A stretch of DNA of 63,986 bases, filler included, from Cladosporium halotolerans (Eukaryota), in assembly GCF_011745625.1 (NCBI RefSeq). It is 5 parts of 5 records of this genome, joined end to end, with 100 filler letters (N's around TTAATTAATTAA, not from the genome) between each part and the next. Parts side by side here need not be neighbours in the genome. Positions count along the whole stretch, not along the records: positions 26,919 to 40,036 come from NW_027191570.1; positions 40,137 to 53,219 come from NW_027191571.1; 3 more parts are not named here. One strand, 5' to 3'. Under the pieces are notes generated by a model, which had not been told where the DNA came from, ran no database searches, and saw only the letters and a list, made by a program, of their open reading frames with translations. Shown one piece after another: positions 33,068-44,641 of this stretch (the stretch's first letter is position 1; each line of letters opens with the position of its first letter). The translations under genes and the position numbers were made by a program.

Positions 33068-33527
33068 GTGATGCCCCTGCCGTCATTTCGAGAATTCTGT
33101 AGGGGCGCGGGGATATTCGTGTTGTCCGGCAGTGAAAAGCCCAGATATGACAGCTGCGACAACTCATTCGGCAATCGAAGCAACACCAAGGCCCCCAACA
33201 AGGGTCACGGCGGACATCCGAAGCCGGAGCACCAATGCAAGGAGTGTGCGAAGCGGTTCCGCCGCAAAGCCGATAGGAAGAGGCACGAGAGGGGACGGCT
33301 CCCGACAGTGTCGCCATCTGAACTAGCACTGACGTAACGACAGACGCACAACGATGCACGTCCGAAAGTATGCCCGTATTGTCCCAAAACGTTCGCACGC
33401 GACGACACGCTGAAGAGGTAAATCGGGTTGGTTCCAGAAGGTGGAAATGTGCAGCCTCGCTAAGACGCATGCAGGCACAAAAGGACATGTTTGAGGAGCT
33501 TGCCGAGCTTGTACCGGCGATAAGTTA
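33068..33527 (+). pseudogene. Two-finger C2H2 zinc-finger transcription factor (spliced, probably damaged)
   Basis: HQCKECAKRFRRKADRKRHE, intron-like segment (CTGAC..ACAG, non-GT donor), then VCPYCPKTFARDDTLKR|GTAAAT..CAG|HKRTC. Confidence 0.6.
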
Positions 33528-36500
33528 GCGTTCGTTATTATTGATATCTCTTTGATCAGAGACGACGGTCTGGTGGAGAGGCAAGGATGATGCGGGTGAT
33601 GTGCAAGTGTTCAGCAGTCGAGACCGTGTCGGCAAATTAGTCAGTATCGCTTTGAATGAGAGACAAGAATCGTTGTGACGTAAAGTTGAAATATATTCTC
33701 TAGAGGTCTTGGCGGTCCTGCCGCTCACATGTTTCCTGCGATGGTCAATGGTGCAATTCAGTAGCAGTCATGACAACAGGGGCATGAAGCCACCCATTAT
33801 TTAACCCAACCCTTACAGTACCATAACAACGCACATTATGGGGTGAGGGTTGACCTGGAAAGTGCTTCTGCACGTGATGCGTGCCGAAAGCGTGCGCACC
33901 GTGACTTGACAGACACGAAGCACAACCGTCGGCAGTCAAGGGGGCTGGGACGCAACAGCGACAGCCATAAGAACATAGGTCTTGCAAATCTGGCCGTCGC
34001 CACTCGCTCAAACTGGAACAGTGGCTTCCGTCTCTGTTACTAAAGTAATGTTACTCGGTAAGTGGATTGTCTCCGAATGCAGCTGCTGGTGCAACATGCA
34101 GTTGAGTGAATTGCAGCACACGCAATGTGACCGGGCCGTCCGGGGTCTCAGCTGGGGAGGTTCGATGGTCGACCTCGGTGCGTGAGCGGCAGCGACATAT
34201 CAGCAGGAAAGTGGTGGGTGACGACAACAAGTGAAGAACAACAAGAGGACGCGACACAGCCACAGGGCGCACAATCAGGAAAACGGAAAAAGTCTACTGT
34301 AATCTAGGTTACTGTTTGGTTGGCTCGAGTTGACACGTGAAGATGCTGGACAAGGCGTTGAGATCCGTGATGGCCACGCTAATGGTGATGGTAATGAACT
34401 TCATTCCGTGACGGTCACGCTAGGTAACCGTGCCATTCCACACTTGGACCCCCGGGCTACTCTTCGCTTAGCGCCTATGCGTTCCGACCTTGACGACATC
34501 GAGGTCTTGGTGCCTCACATGATTACTGTACAGTGCACTTGAGACTTCCTCGTAGTTCCAAATGCGCGGTCCGCTCCGAGCATCTGCGGCGACCACTTGC
34601 GAGAGAAGAGCTGGTGGGCCGCACGCTGGCGGGTGCTTTACGGCAACTGATGAGGTCAAGCAAATGTGGCAGGGAACGACAGAGACCAAGTTGAGCTTCC
34701 TCGAATTGAGCTCCGGATTCCTTGGATGGAGCGGAACGTTTAAGCCGTGTGAATCAGAGAGGCGTAGATACCACAGGCTACTGTACCTACACTGTGTTCC
34801 TCTCAATCATGAAGCCCTACAGAACCCAAATGTCACTCTACTCTGGCGCTCTATCTCATACGGTGGGACACATGGTCCTGTTCCAAGTTCTTGTGATTAG
34901 TAATTGGCGGGTACTCTTGAAGCTGTGTTTCCAAGAGTTTACCTTCCAAGCCGCCTACCCTCATCCTGAGATTTGCTCCTCAAGCACCGAGTAAAGGTTC
35001 TGCGGGTGGCGATACCCTCTTGTATGAATAATAAGGCTCCTAGTACGGGTGGGACAGCAGCTTCCTTCTCTTTGTGTACCAACATGCACATCCGTCCTTT
35101 CGAGCCACGCAGACGGTGTCAGCCGTCGCCGCCATGGCGTGTTACGTCCCGCGGCCCAAACCGTTTCGCGTGACCTCGGGAGGTCTCCCTCGTCGAGACT
35201 GACCATGTCTCGCCGTGGGGATTCGAGACAGCGCCCTGGCCAGCAGCGGAAGCCTCTTTGCCCGCCCGGGTGACCACCCCTATTCTCGCGGCTTAACAAG
35301 TTCGCCGCGGAGGGGCGATGTCCCTCGAAAGTGCGCATTCCTCATGTCATGAATAGATCCGCTCTGCAGTGGTCTGTCTCCAAAGAAGGAGCACAAAGGC
35401 TGCGTCTTGACAGGTTCTCCGCACCAGTGGCCTGTCCCCTCGCTTTCACATGCGGCTTCACACCACAGCGGGGCACGAGTCGGCTACACTCGCCAGCGTA
35501 ACGTTACTGGTCCCACAACGCTCGTAGGTCACGGGTGTCCTGTCTCTTGAATAGCTCAATTGCACATCCACCGGCCCTATTGTCTTAACAGTGTCCCTGT
35601 CCCCGGACCGTCTCTTTCAAGCAGCTGTGCGACCAGCCGCTACGTGCAACAAGTGATGCGCCGGCTTCGGGCCCAGGTCGACGGTCTGCGTAGGCAAGAG
35701 TTGGATGGTTTTCTCCCGCCAGTATCCGCTGATTTGTGATGTTTTTCTTGACTTTGATGATGCTGTTCGTTCTGTTGCTCCTGGTCAGCCAGTGCCCTGG
35801 AGATGATGACTCTTACCTCTGCCGGAGGGCACCGTCTAGCAAGAGGTGCAATTCCATCGACAGGCAACACCCCCCGAGCTCTCGCCCGGTATCCCAGTGC
35901 GAGTGAGGAAGAAGGATGTACTAGACGGTCGTGGGAGCTGAGGTCGTCACCGTCGCGTCGCGCTCCGCCGGCTTCGCGACCGTGCGCGCCCCGGCGATAA
36001 GACCTTTTCGCGTCTTCATCCAGGGCGAGACCATTTATGTGTCTTGGTCTCCTGTAGGACAGGCTGCTCTTACGGCCATCCCAAGGTCCTACGTTGCCTA
36101 TATTTTCAGAGATTCTCAAGTGGAACCGTTCACAGTAAGCAGCTTTTTGCAAAAGCTGTTCAAATACTTGTCGATCATCCTGCCACCTCGGCCGGTATAT
36201 CCTCTTGGGAGTCTCACAGGTGGCTGTACACAGTCGAGCTTTTGCTCCTGCCATCATCGGTGCGAACGAAGGTGGAAAAGGTCGTGCTGGCTCGCTGCCA
36301 GATCACTGACGAGGACTGCACCGCGCTGTCGGCAACGCACATTCAGGCGAGGGCTCATTCCTATAGTCTGGCAACTCTGGATGCCGGAGGGAGCTGATCT
36401 TTAGACAAGTTAAAAGAGAAAAGAGAAGGAATGTCACGTCAGGAGGCGGCCGTCTGCAGACCTGCGGCAGTCACTTGGTGCAACCACCGTTGACACAAAA

Positions 36501-36916
36501 GTTGGAAGCGAGGGCTCGAAGATCGGGCGCTTCTTACAAGCGTCTTGCGCGACACACTTCTGTCGTCGCTTATGAGAACGATATAGGCAGGAACATTTTC
36601 ACAAGCAGCCCCAGGAATAAGACGTTGGTGTGCACACTTCGCAGCGAAGCGCCCCGATGGCTCTCAGCAACACGTCAGCATCCTACTGGTGGATAAGGTA
36701 TACCTGCGCTTGAGCCGGGATCTTGCACGGAATGATCACATCTTCTTTAGAATGCCTTGGGATTTCAGTCTGAGTTCCGGCCACATCAACTGTCCACTTT
36801 CCGTGCTTACTCAGACTCACTGGCCGTCAACCCCTTGTTGGATTGTTATCATCTCGTGGAGTGCGAGTATTGAGACCCTGATTCCTGGCTAATCATGGCG
36901 AACGAAAGTGTGGTTT

Positions 36917-37684
36917 CTAAGAACCCCAAATGTGGCCCTCTGAATGCAAGATTTCCGAAGCTGAGTTGAATTTGCCGCGCCATAATCCTAGAATAGTGGA
37001 TCCAAGAGTTAAGTGCAACACTGACGGAAATTCTTGGCGTGCAAAGCGTATGGCGATATCTTCTTCATCCTCGCCTGCGCAAGGGGAATTGCCCTGCTCG
37101 ATTTCATATAGAGTTGACCCTAGTGCGAAAAGATCAGATTGGACGGAGCTGTCGGCAGATAATTCCCTTGGCATGAAATGGCTTGAATCTTCAAGCCCGA
37201 GAGCTCTCTCGCAGTCGAGGCCAAGGGAAGGGCAACTGTCATAGCCAGACGAGTTGAAATCGCTGAGCCGGGCGTTCATTGCAGAATCCAGGAGCCACTG
37301 TTCAAGTCTGATATCGGAGTGCCGCACACCCCTACTATGAACAAATTCTACGGCTTCGACAATCTGCCGTGTCCACTTGCGGAGCTGCGTGGAGCCGTTA
37401 GCTGCCACGTAATCCTTGAGGTTTCCGTTTTCATAAAACTCCAAGATGATCAGATCCCCAAGGGGGCTGACGTAGAAGCAGTTGGCAATCAGATCATTGT
37501 GTCCGAGAATTTTATACACATTCGCCTCAATTTTCATTGCTTTCATATTGCCTTTGGTGATTTCGGCGTCATCGTCGATCCGCGGGATTTTGACAACCAT
37601 ATGGCCTAGGCGATACGTGGAGGAGGAGGATCCGACCATAAGAAGATTGACATTTTCGGCGGCAATGGTTCGCAGAGAATCCAT
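36917..37684 (-). CDS. Protein kinase-like protein (intronless)
   Basis: GSSSSTY, VVKIP, LEFYENGNL, HSRGVRHSDIR, ARLSDF, SDLFALG. Confidence 0.85.
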   Translation of the reverse strand: MDSLRTIAAENVNLLMVGSSSSTYRLGHMVVKIPRIDDDAEITKGNMKAMKIEANVYKILGHNDLIANCFYVSPLGDLIILEFYENGNLKDYVAANGSTQLRKWTRQIVEAVEFVHSRGVRHSDIRLEQWLLDSAMNARLSDFNSSGYDSCPSLGLDCERALGLEDSSHFMPRELSADSSVQSDLFALGSTLYEIEQGNSPCAGEDEEDIAIRFARQEFPSVLHLTLGSTILGLWRGKFNSASEILHSEGHIWGS

Positions 37685-38165
37685 GAAGGCACGGTGTTTT
37701 GCTTGGCTCGTATTATGCTGCAGAGGAAGAAGTACTTGTCAGGGCTGGGATGCAAGGGTTGTTCGACTCAGCACCGTCCTCTTGGCAGCCAGCCGCGGGT
37801 CTCGGCGGCTGGGCTTTTCTCTCACGAGCCCCTGTTCTATAAGCGGATCTTCCAATAAACACAAGGACATCCGCATTTGCGGAGCCCCGCAATGCACACG
37901 ACCCAGTCATACGAGCCCAGCAGAGCTACGGCGCCGTTCTTGCGCGCGCGTTCAAGAGCCATCGAATGAGCGCGTGGAAGTAAGCGCCACGTCGCTACAC
38001 AAATCACCTCATGTAGCTACAATTCATCCCGTCACCACCATTAGCGCTTGGTGGGCGCGTAACTTCTGTATATCTACGGTATGCTTTGCATCTGGATTCG
38101 AACACTTCCATCTCTAAAATTTCAACTCGACTACAGTACAGCCAAACATAGATTCGCTTCCCATA

Positions 38166-38357
38166 ATGTGCAAAGAGTACAAAACCTTGACCATCTGGTC
38201 AGGCGGTGGCTGCACTTACGAGTGCAGAAAGGAGACTCTGACTGCAGACCCTTGCACGGAAAAACCAGCTCAAGGCATTCGATACTGTGCCCATTATGAG
38301 TTGATAACCTCTGGATCAACGCGCAAGAAAGGGCCCCGACCTGGACACAGTCACTAA
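38166..38357 (+). CDS. Small Cys-rich hypothetical protein (MC-start type)
   Basis: MCKEY..C..C...C...YCAH, 63 aa. Confidence 0.3.
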   Translation: MCKEYKTLTIWSGGGCTYECRKETLTADPCTEKPAQGIRYCAHYELITSGSTRKKGPRPGHSH

Positions 38358-40036
38358 ACCTCATCCACAAATGTGAGTTCTGCTCAGACGTCATACTCCT
38401 AGGCTGGCATATCTGACTGAAGGCTAAGACGAGAGGTTTATGATCTGTCGAGCATCTAGATCATGATTTACTTTGCGTGCAGCTTACAGTGTGCGCTCGC
38501 GAAAGGTTCAGATGTCAAATCTTGTGAGAGTGGACGGAACTTTTCAGGCATGTCTAATTATGCCCCTAGCCAAGAAATGAATGCATATGTTGGCACCCTC
38601 CACTGAGGTGCTTCCTACGCTCCTTCTCCAACTGAACATGTCCTAAATCCCCAAGTCTCTTCCGCGACCATCGAACGCTCCCGGCGTGTTGTGTTGTCGG
38701 GAGGTAGGCATGCTGCTTTTCGATCAAAGCTCCGACTCTGAGTATACTGTTGATCCAGACGAGCACCCGCTCTCCTGAGCCGATGCATTACAGTAAGCTC
38801 AAGTAACCACCTCTGCGTAGCGCGTGGGGAACAAGCTCCGCTCATCTTCGGCTGGCGTACTTTCGGAAGGTGTCGGCCCGAACCCTGACCAAAGCGGCCA
38901 CGCACCGAGCTTGATCCATAATGCTCGAGCCTGTCACGGCTAAGCGTCGCATCATCGACGGCAGCACGAGCGTCAGTTGACCTCCCACTGCGCAATACCG
39001 TAACACTCATTCATGCGCAGGCGTGCCGCACTCTCGATGGCTTCCCAGCTCTATACCTTGCAAGTGCAGTACAAGCGTGATGCTCTTCCCTTCGCTTGGC
39101 AGTGCGGCGTTTGAGAGCGTCCATCACGTCCATCACGTCCATCGATTGCCGCTGCGGCGCTGTGCTGCGACAGGCTCGCGACCCTCACCTCAGCTTAACC
39201 AGCGCAACCTCCCACAGCCGTGCCATGGGCGCCTGGCGCCTACGCGAGAGATCGTCGTCCAAAAGGAGGACGAACAACCTAACGACGCAACTGTGCGGTT
39301 TTCGACTCCGGCATTGACAGCTAGGGAAAGGCACCAACATGTTGGAGTGCCGCACCAAGAGATGGGACATCACTCTCGTGGCAGGAATTGATTAGGGACA
39401 AGGTTCCAAGAAGCTGCTGAAGCGCCACGGCCCAATCAAGACGTCCAGAGAGTATCGGTCTGCCTCTTCTTCCAGCAATTAAGCGGACGGTTCGCGTCAT
39501 GCTGTCCAGAACGTGCCGTCGGCCGAGGACAATGCTGGCCGCATCGTCGCTATCGTGGGTCGCTGGCGTCTCGTGTTCTCGGCTGAGGCACCAGTCGTGG
39601 CTGTTCGCCACGGCTGAAGAATCGACTGGCTCACGCTCGACGAGGCTGCATGTCGGAAATCAGCCGTGTGTTTTCGTTTGTAGGGCCCAGGCATGCCACA
39701 GTCTACCAGGGCAAAAGCCTCTCGCGGACCCAGGCACGCAAGAATTTGGAATATGGAGACCTGTCAGTAGTCGTTCACGTGAATTTGTGGTGGATCACCT
39801 ACGCCCACGTCAGAACTTCTGCGTATTGGGCCATGGCGCCCAGTTCTGGTGATCGGCCACTCGCCGAGGCCGTGTTGATGGATGTAGACGTATACGTCTG
39901 CGAACAAGCACCCCCGTGCTCCAATCCGATACTCCGCCAAATCGTGGTGCGATTGGGGCACGGCTTCCGTGTCCACCTCCAACGTAATATCGACTGTCGA
40001 GTCACTTTCGTGCTCGGCTTGAGGTTGAGTGCGTTT

Positions 40037-40136
40037 NNNNNNNNNNNNNNNNNNNNNNNNNNNNNNNNNNNNNNNNNNNNTTAATTAATTAANNNNNNNN
40101 NNNNNNNNNNNNNNNNNNNNNNNNNNNNNNNNNNNN
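40037..40136. other. Artificial contig linker
   Basis: N-TTAATTAATTAA-N. Confidence 0.97.
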
Positions 40137-40233
40137 TGATTGCTGATTGATTTCTGATTGAGCGCCCACCTGACTGATTTGATTCCTGATTGAGCTTCAC
40201 CTGATTCTGAATATTCAAGATTCAAGATCTATG
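40137..40233. mobile_element. Terminus of hAT-like element (CATAG family, cf. 25767-26542)
   Basis: CTGATTG repeats ending ..attcaagattcaagatctatg; interrupts the paralog of the 56031-56697 gene. Confidence 0.65.
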
Positions 40234-41418
40234 GGGGTCAGACGTATGCAGTCAGACAAGGCTTCAGGCTAACATGTGAGATGATGCAAGACAATCCAGA
40301 ACTTGACGACGACTCGGAAGTCTGGGCAGAATTTTTTGACAAGTCGTGCGGTATGCCTCCGCCCGACTACTTCATGGAAGACCCAGATTTTGAAGAAGGC
40401 TACCGCATGTCGTGCTGCGACAGGAGGTTAAACGAGCCTGGTTGCGTGGTTTCAAGACACAAGCCAAACTTGTAGAAGTGAGATACATAGCGGAGCCACA
40501 CGCTCAAAGATATTTGACGTCAGTATACTAATCTGGAGTTTGGCGTTACTGTACTGTACATCTAGACCATGACGTTCTATCTTGCAGATTCTTTAGCCAG
40601 TGTCAGGATGCAATCCATTGGGCAAGATGGCGCAGGATCAGATGGCTTTCGTTCTCTTGTGAGAAGGAATTATGGCATCTTCGCCGGAGTCATCCCCAAC
40701 ATCATGAAGCTTGCGCTTGCCGCTACTCGCTCGAGCTACACATCCTGGACGACTTGTGGTGACGGTCCTACTGAGAGGCTGGCCCGCCACGTTTCCTTTT
40801 GGGTGGGGGGTCAGGCAATGCTTCATAATGGGTCTTGGCCCATTTGGAGGACGTTGTGTCCAATTCGGCTCGTTATCGCTCCTATCTGGCAGCCGTTAGT
40901 TTGCACTTCGTCGAGAAGAAGGTTGTAAACCTCTCCGTACACCAAAGATCGTCGGAGATGTATCCGAGATGAAAGCGAGGTGGTCAATGAACAAGCATTG
41001 AATTGTTCGTTCAGTGCGTTTTTGTGATAGATACGACCGCTTTTGTAACGTTATGCTTCCATCATTGCGAGACTCAAGCAAGACTTTCGTTTCGGAGCTC
41101 GCTCTCAATTTCTTTCTTTTCCTCAGGTGCAAATGGTATGCCGAAATTCAACAGATCGCAAAGCTCCTCTGCTGTTTTGTCTGCGATTCCTTCGGCAAGG
41201 TACCGGCAACAAAGCTCGTCTAGTTCATCGATGATGAGATAGTCCGCCGCGTTTCGCATTTCAACGATTTCTTGCATGTCCACTCGTCCGAGGCTGTGGC
41301 TCCATCTCATGGCATCATACGAGCTTCTCTGATCTTCCATGCGGCGCTCACACCACGCGAGAACCTTGACAAGCACACTCGCATCAACATTTGGAATCTA
41401 CGTGCGACTTTTTAGCTA
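40234..41418. repeat. Segmental duplicate copy A (matches 56456-57115 plus 62981-63499)
   Basis: Near-identical sequence and ORFs (MMQDNPELDDDSEVW...; Skp1-like MLVKVLAWCE...). Confidence 0.95.
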
Positions 41419-41651
41419 TGCAGAAATAGCACAACATCTTTTGAGCACTTACCGGGATCTCTGCATCTTTCGTGCCCCAATCATCCAATGCGTCTCGCAT
41501 CACTTGGGAATACAAAGTAATTTCTTTTCCTTTGGTGATGCAACTTCAGAACTCCAATCTCGGGAGAACGTGAGACTCACCGACGCTTACCGCACCAAAT
41601 CTCGACGCCGTCGCTTGAAACAAGCTTGACCATTCCATGGTCCGTGCTCAT
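41074..41651 (-). CDS. Divergent Skp1-family protein (spliced)
   Basis: VKLVSSDG..; IPNVDASVLVKVLAWC; AADYLIIDELDELCCRYLAEGIADKTAEELCDLL..FAPEE. Confidence 0.8.
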
Positions 41652-42193
41652 AGTGATGAGGCTTATCCGTTGGCGTCCAAGTCGACTTCTCGTCACCTTC
41701 AAGCTTTGAAGGAAGAGCAGATGGAAAAGTGTTACGCGAAGGCAATGTAGGGGATCACTCAAGAGACTTTGATCAGTAGAATTTCGCCTCTAAATACCAC
41801 CTCTCAGGTGCATGGATATGATGACGTTATACTAAATGACACGCCTTCCCGAAGCAACATCCTCGACCCTCTAGGGGGGATGAAGTGGCCGCAAGAAATG
41901 AGCCTCATCGTGCTCAGAACTTTCTCCAGCCACAGTTCTCAAGTATTCTCAACCAATTATACGGTTAAACGTCGAGTTTCTTACAGTACTTGTCGGAGGT
42001 CATGGGATCAAGTAATTGCTGAATCCTTCCCCCGTTTCCCCCCTCAAGCGACTGTGCTGAACGGTAAATACAAATTCGATGGATTCAATGTAGTAAAGCA
42101 AGGCTACGATTTACTTCATCTCGGCTCCTTCTTGAAATCCTTTGTTCCCACCACTATACTGTACGCCACGGCAAATTTTCCGAGCCGTGATAA

Positions 42194-43888
42194 ATGTCGA
42201 ATCATAAGAAGAGATCGGGCCATGGTCCGGACATCCCTCCGACGGACAAGTGGTACGCATCCACGTTAACCAAGATACATGAAATGCATCAAGAGGACTT
42301 CGCCAAAGGGCTGAATGTATCGCGGACGGATCTCTATCGGCTACAGCTCGGTCTCATGAGATTTATCGCTAGTGTGAGAGCTACGGAGGCTGATGTCACC
42401 CCACGACAAAACAGACAATGGCATCTCAGTGAATCCGCCTATGTTCAACAGGTACGGAGTGCTCACTCGAAGTTGGCAGCGAAATTTCCAGGCACCGCAG
42501 TGCAGAGCAGCTGGCTGGAACATGCGCTCCCGGGATTTGTTCGAAAGTGTGAGGATGCATTCGAGGTCATGATCTCCCAAGGTACCCTCGATGGCAGAAC
42601 AGGGTCACTCACAAACGAAGGCCGAAGAGTATTCCATAATTACTTTCATGGCAGCATCCCGAAGGTGGCTTTCGACTTTGATTGCATGGAAAAAGTCCTT
42701 GCTTGGTCGGGCTTGAGGCCAAAAACCATGAGGAATGTTGTCAAAAACATGGGTTTTGATGGGGAGGATGGAGATCGTCTCTTGCGAGGACGATGCGATC
42801 CTGTCTCTTTTGGAGAGCTCGTTGCCAACCCTCCTGCATTACTCATGGCTATGCACGACTGCGAAGTCTTGCTCGTCGGCTCTCGTGCTGCAAAGTACTT
42901 CTATCCACGGTTGGAGACATCCGAGTCTGACTGGGACTTTCTCACTCATCCGCATGCTCTTCACTGGCTCAAGTTTGCCGTCTACCTGTCTTCAATCGGC
43001 ACAACCTGGGAGTTCCCCGACTGGCCGGAAGGGGATGATGAGCCACCTCCGATCTACGAAAGTCACACACTATGTGGTACAGTCGAGCGCAATGGCAAAC
43101 GACACAAGTTGCATCTCATTGCCCACTTCGACAATCAAGTAAGCAGTACACACCTGATGCTTGACTTTCACTCTTCATTTGTTCAATGCTTTATATCTGG
43201 CTTTGGAGCGGTCTCAATGTACGGCAATCTGACAGCCGCGGGATGCTCACGCGCATGGGAACCTAAGGATTGGTTTTGTGAATATTTGCGGCAGGCCAAC
43301 CAAGAAGCCGTAGACAAATACGTGCGTCGAGGGATACAATACGTGGCGAGGTCGGAACTGCCTGCTCCACCACACATCTTGCCTGTGCCAAGGAGTCGGT
43401 ACCTCGGGGATTCATCATCTGTCTGCATCTCGTTCGAAGACTACATTAAAGAGTCTTTAGCGCGGAACACTGGGGATGCTGACCTAGTAAAGGCTCGCGT
43501 GGAGATGGTTCGCGAGGACTTCTGCTTACTGCATTTTGTACAATGGTTTGAGAGGCCTTGGCAAACTTTTCATCCAGGCTACAAGACCGTACATTCACCC
43601 AAGAGGTTCCCACGGGAGCAATACGAGGCAAGGGAGGACATGAGGAGACATACTGTGACAGGAGGGCCAGAGTTCAAAGAGCTAATTGAAATCGCAGAAT
43701 GCAGTATGTGCGATGTTTCCAATTCGGGAAGACATGTTTGCAGCGCTCATGACAATATCAAAAGCGATTATCTTGAGTTGCTAGCGTTCTTTTGCGACCG
43801 CATCAACTACAACGCATTCAATGCAGGTATCGTATCAATGGAAAGCAGGTGGGATTGGAGGGATCGTGCCAGATATCCCTACATATAA
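42194..43888 (+). CDS. Hypothetical protein with nucleotidyltransferase-like GS..DxD motif
   Basis: LLVGSRAAKYFYP..SDWDF; FHSSFVQCFISG..SMY; KYVRRG; 564-aa intact intronless ORF. Confidence 0.6.
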   Translation: MSNHKKRSGHGPDIPPTDKWYASTLTKIHEMHQEDFAKGLNVSRTDLYRLQLGLMRFIASVRATEADVTPRQNRQWHLSESAYVQQVRSAHSKLAAKFPGTAVQSSWLEHALPGFVRKCEDAFEVMISQGTLDGRTGSLTNEGRRVFHNYFHGSIPKVAFDFDCMEKVLAWSGLRPKTMRNVVKNMGFDGEDGDRLLRGRCDPVSFGELVANPPALLMAMHDCEVLLVGSRAAKYFYPRLETSESDWDFLTHPHALHWLKFAVYLSSIGTTWEFPDWPEGDDEPPPIYESHTLCGTVERNGKRHKLHLIAHFDNQVSSTHLMLDFHSSFVQCFISGFGAVSMYGNLTAAGCSRAWEPKDWFCEYLRQANQEAVDKYVRRGIQYVARSELPAPPHILPVPRSRYLGDSSSVCISFEDYIKESLARNTGDADLVKARVEMVREDFCLLHFVQWFERPWQTFHPGYKTVHSPKRFPREQYEAREDMRRHTVTGGPEFKELIEIAECSMCDVSNSGRHVCSAHDNIKSDYLELLAFFCDRINYNAFNAGIVSMESRWDWRDRARYPYI

Positions 43889-44641
43889 TGTTGGATAAAA
43901 TAACTTGATTACGTTACTCTCATGCATGGATTAATTTAGTTTAAAAAAGGGCGACAAGCCGTTGATTCCTAAATTAACTTCTGTGAATGAACGTTGAATT
44001 TAGAGTTTCTTTGAGTTGAACTCGCGTGCACGCCTCTCACGCAATCACATTTACCATCCTAACGTTAATTTAATTTAGATAGGAGAAGACACACCTCCTC
44101 ACACCCATGCCCTCCAACAACGTCAACTCAGATTACTGGACCGCACAAGAAATGAAGCGAATTTGACTCAATTGAACGTTAAGTTGATAACGTTAAATTT
44201 AACCTAAATTCACACAAGTTCTGAGTTGCTCCAGGCGCAAGGGTTGCTTCTGTGGCGTTCAAGATGATCGCCAATGTTATACCGTCACTGCCCATTGTCG
44301 AGAAAGTAGAACGACTTACCGTAGAACTAATCAAACTGTCCTCCACAACATGAAAAGGATCGTAAATTCATTTCATTGGGAAAACCTTATTTGGGTCTAC
44401 CGTATCGTATTACCAAGAGCATGACTCAGATTGTGTGCACAGATCCACCTCTGGATCACAACGCCAGCCTAAATTAGTCTATATTAGGATCTGATCAGAT
44501 TGGAAACAAGATGTTGCGCCAGCTTTAAGAGCTCGCCCCCGGAAATGCGCCTGATTCCTCAATAAGAGTCCGTCGCATGTAGTAATCCATCTGGACATTG
44601 CACCGGCAAAGTCTGTCAGTGAGACGTCCTACAGGAGTGTA

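Noticed and set aside
34330..36404. Fragmentary ORFs that look like decayed genes
   Set aside because: No family motif recognisable without a search
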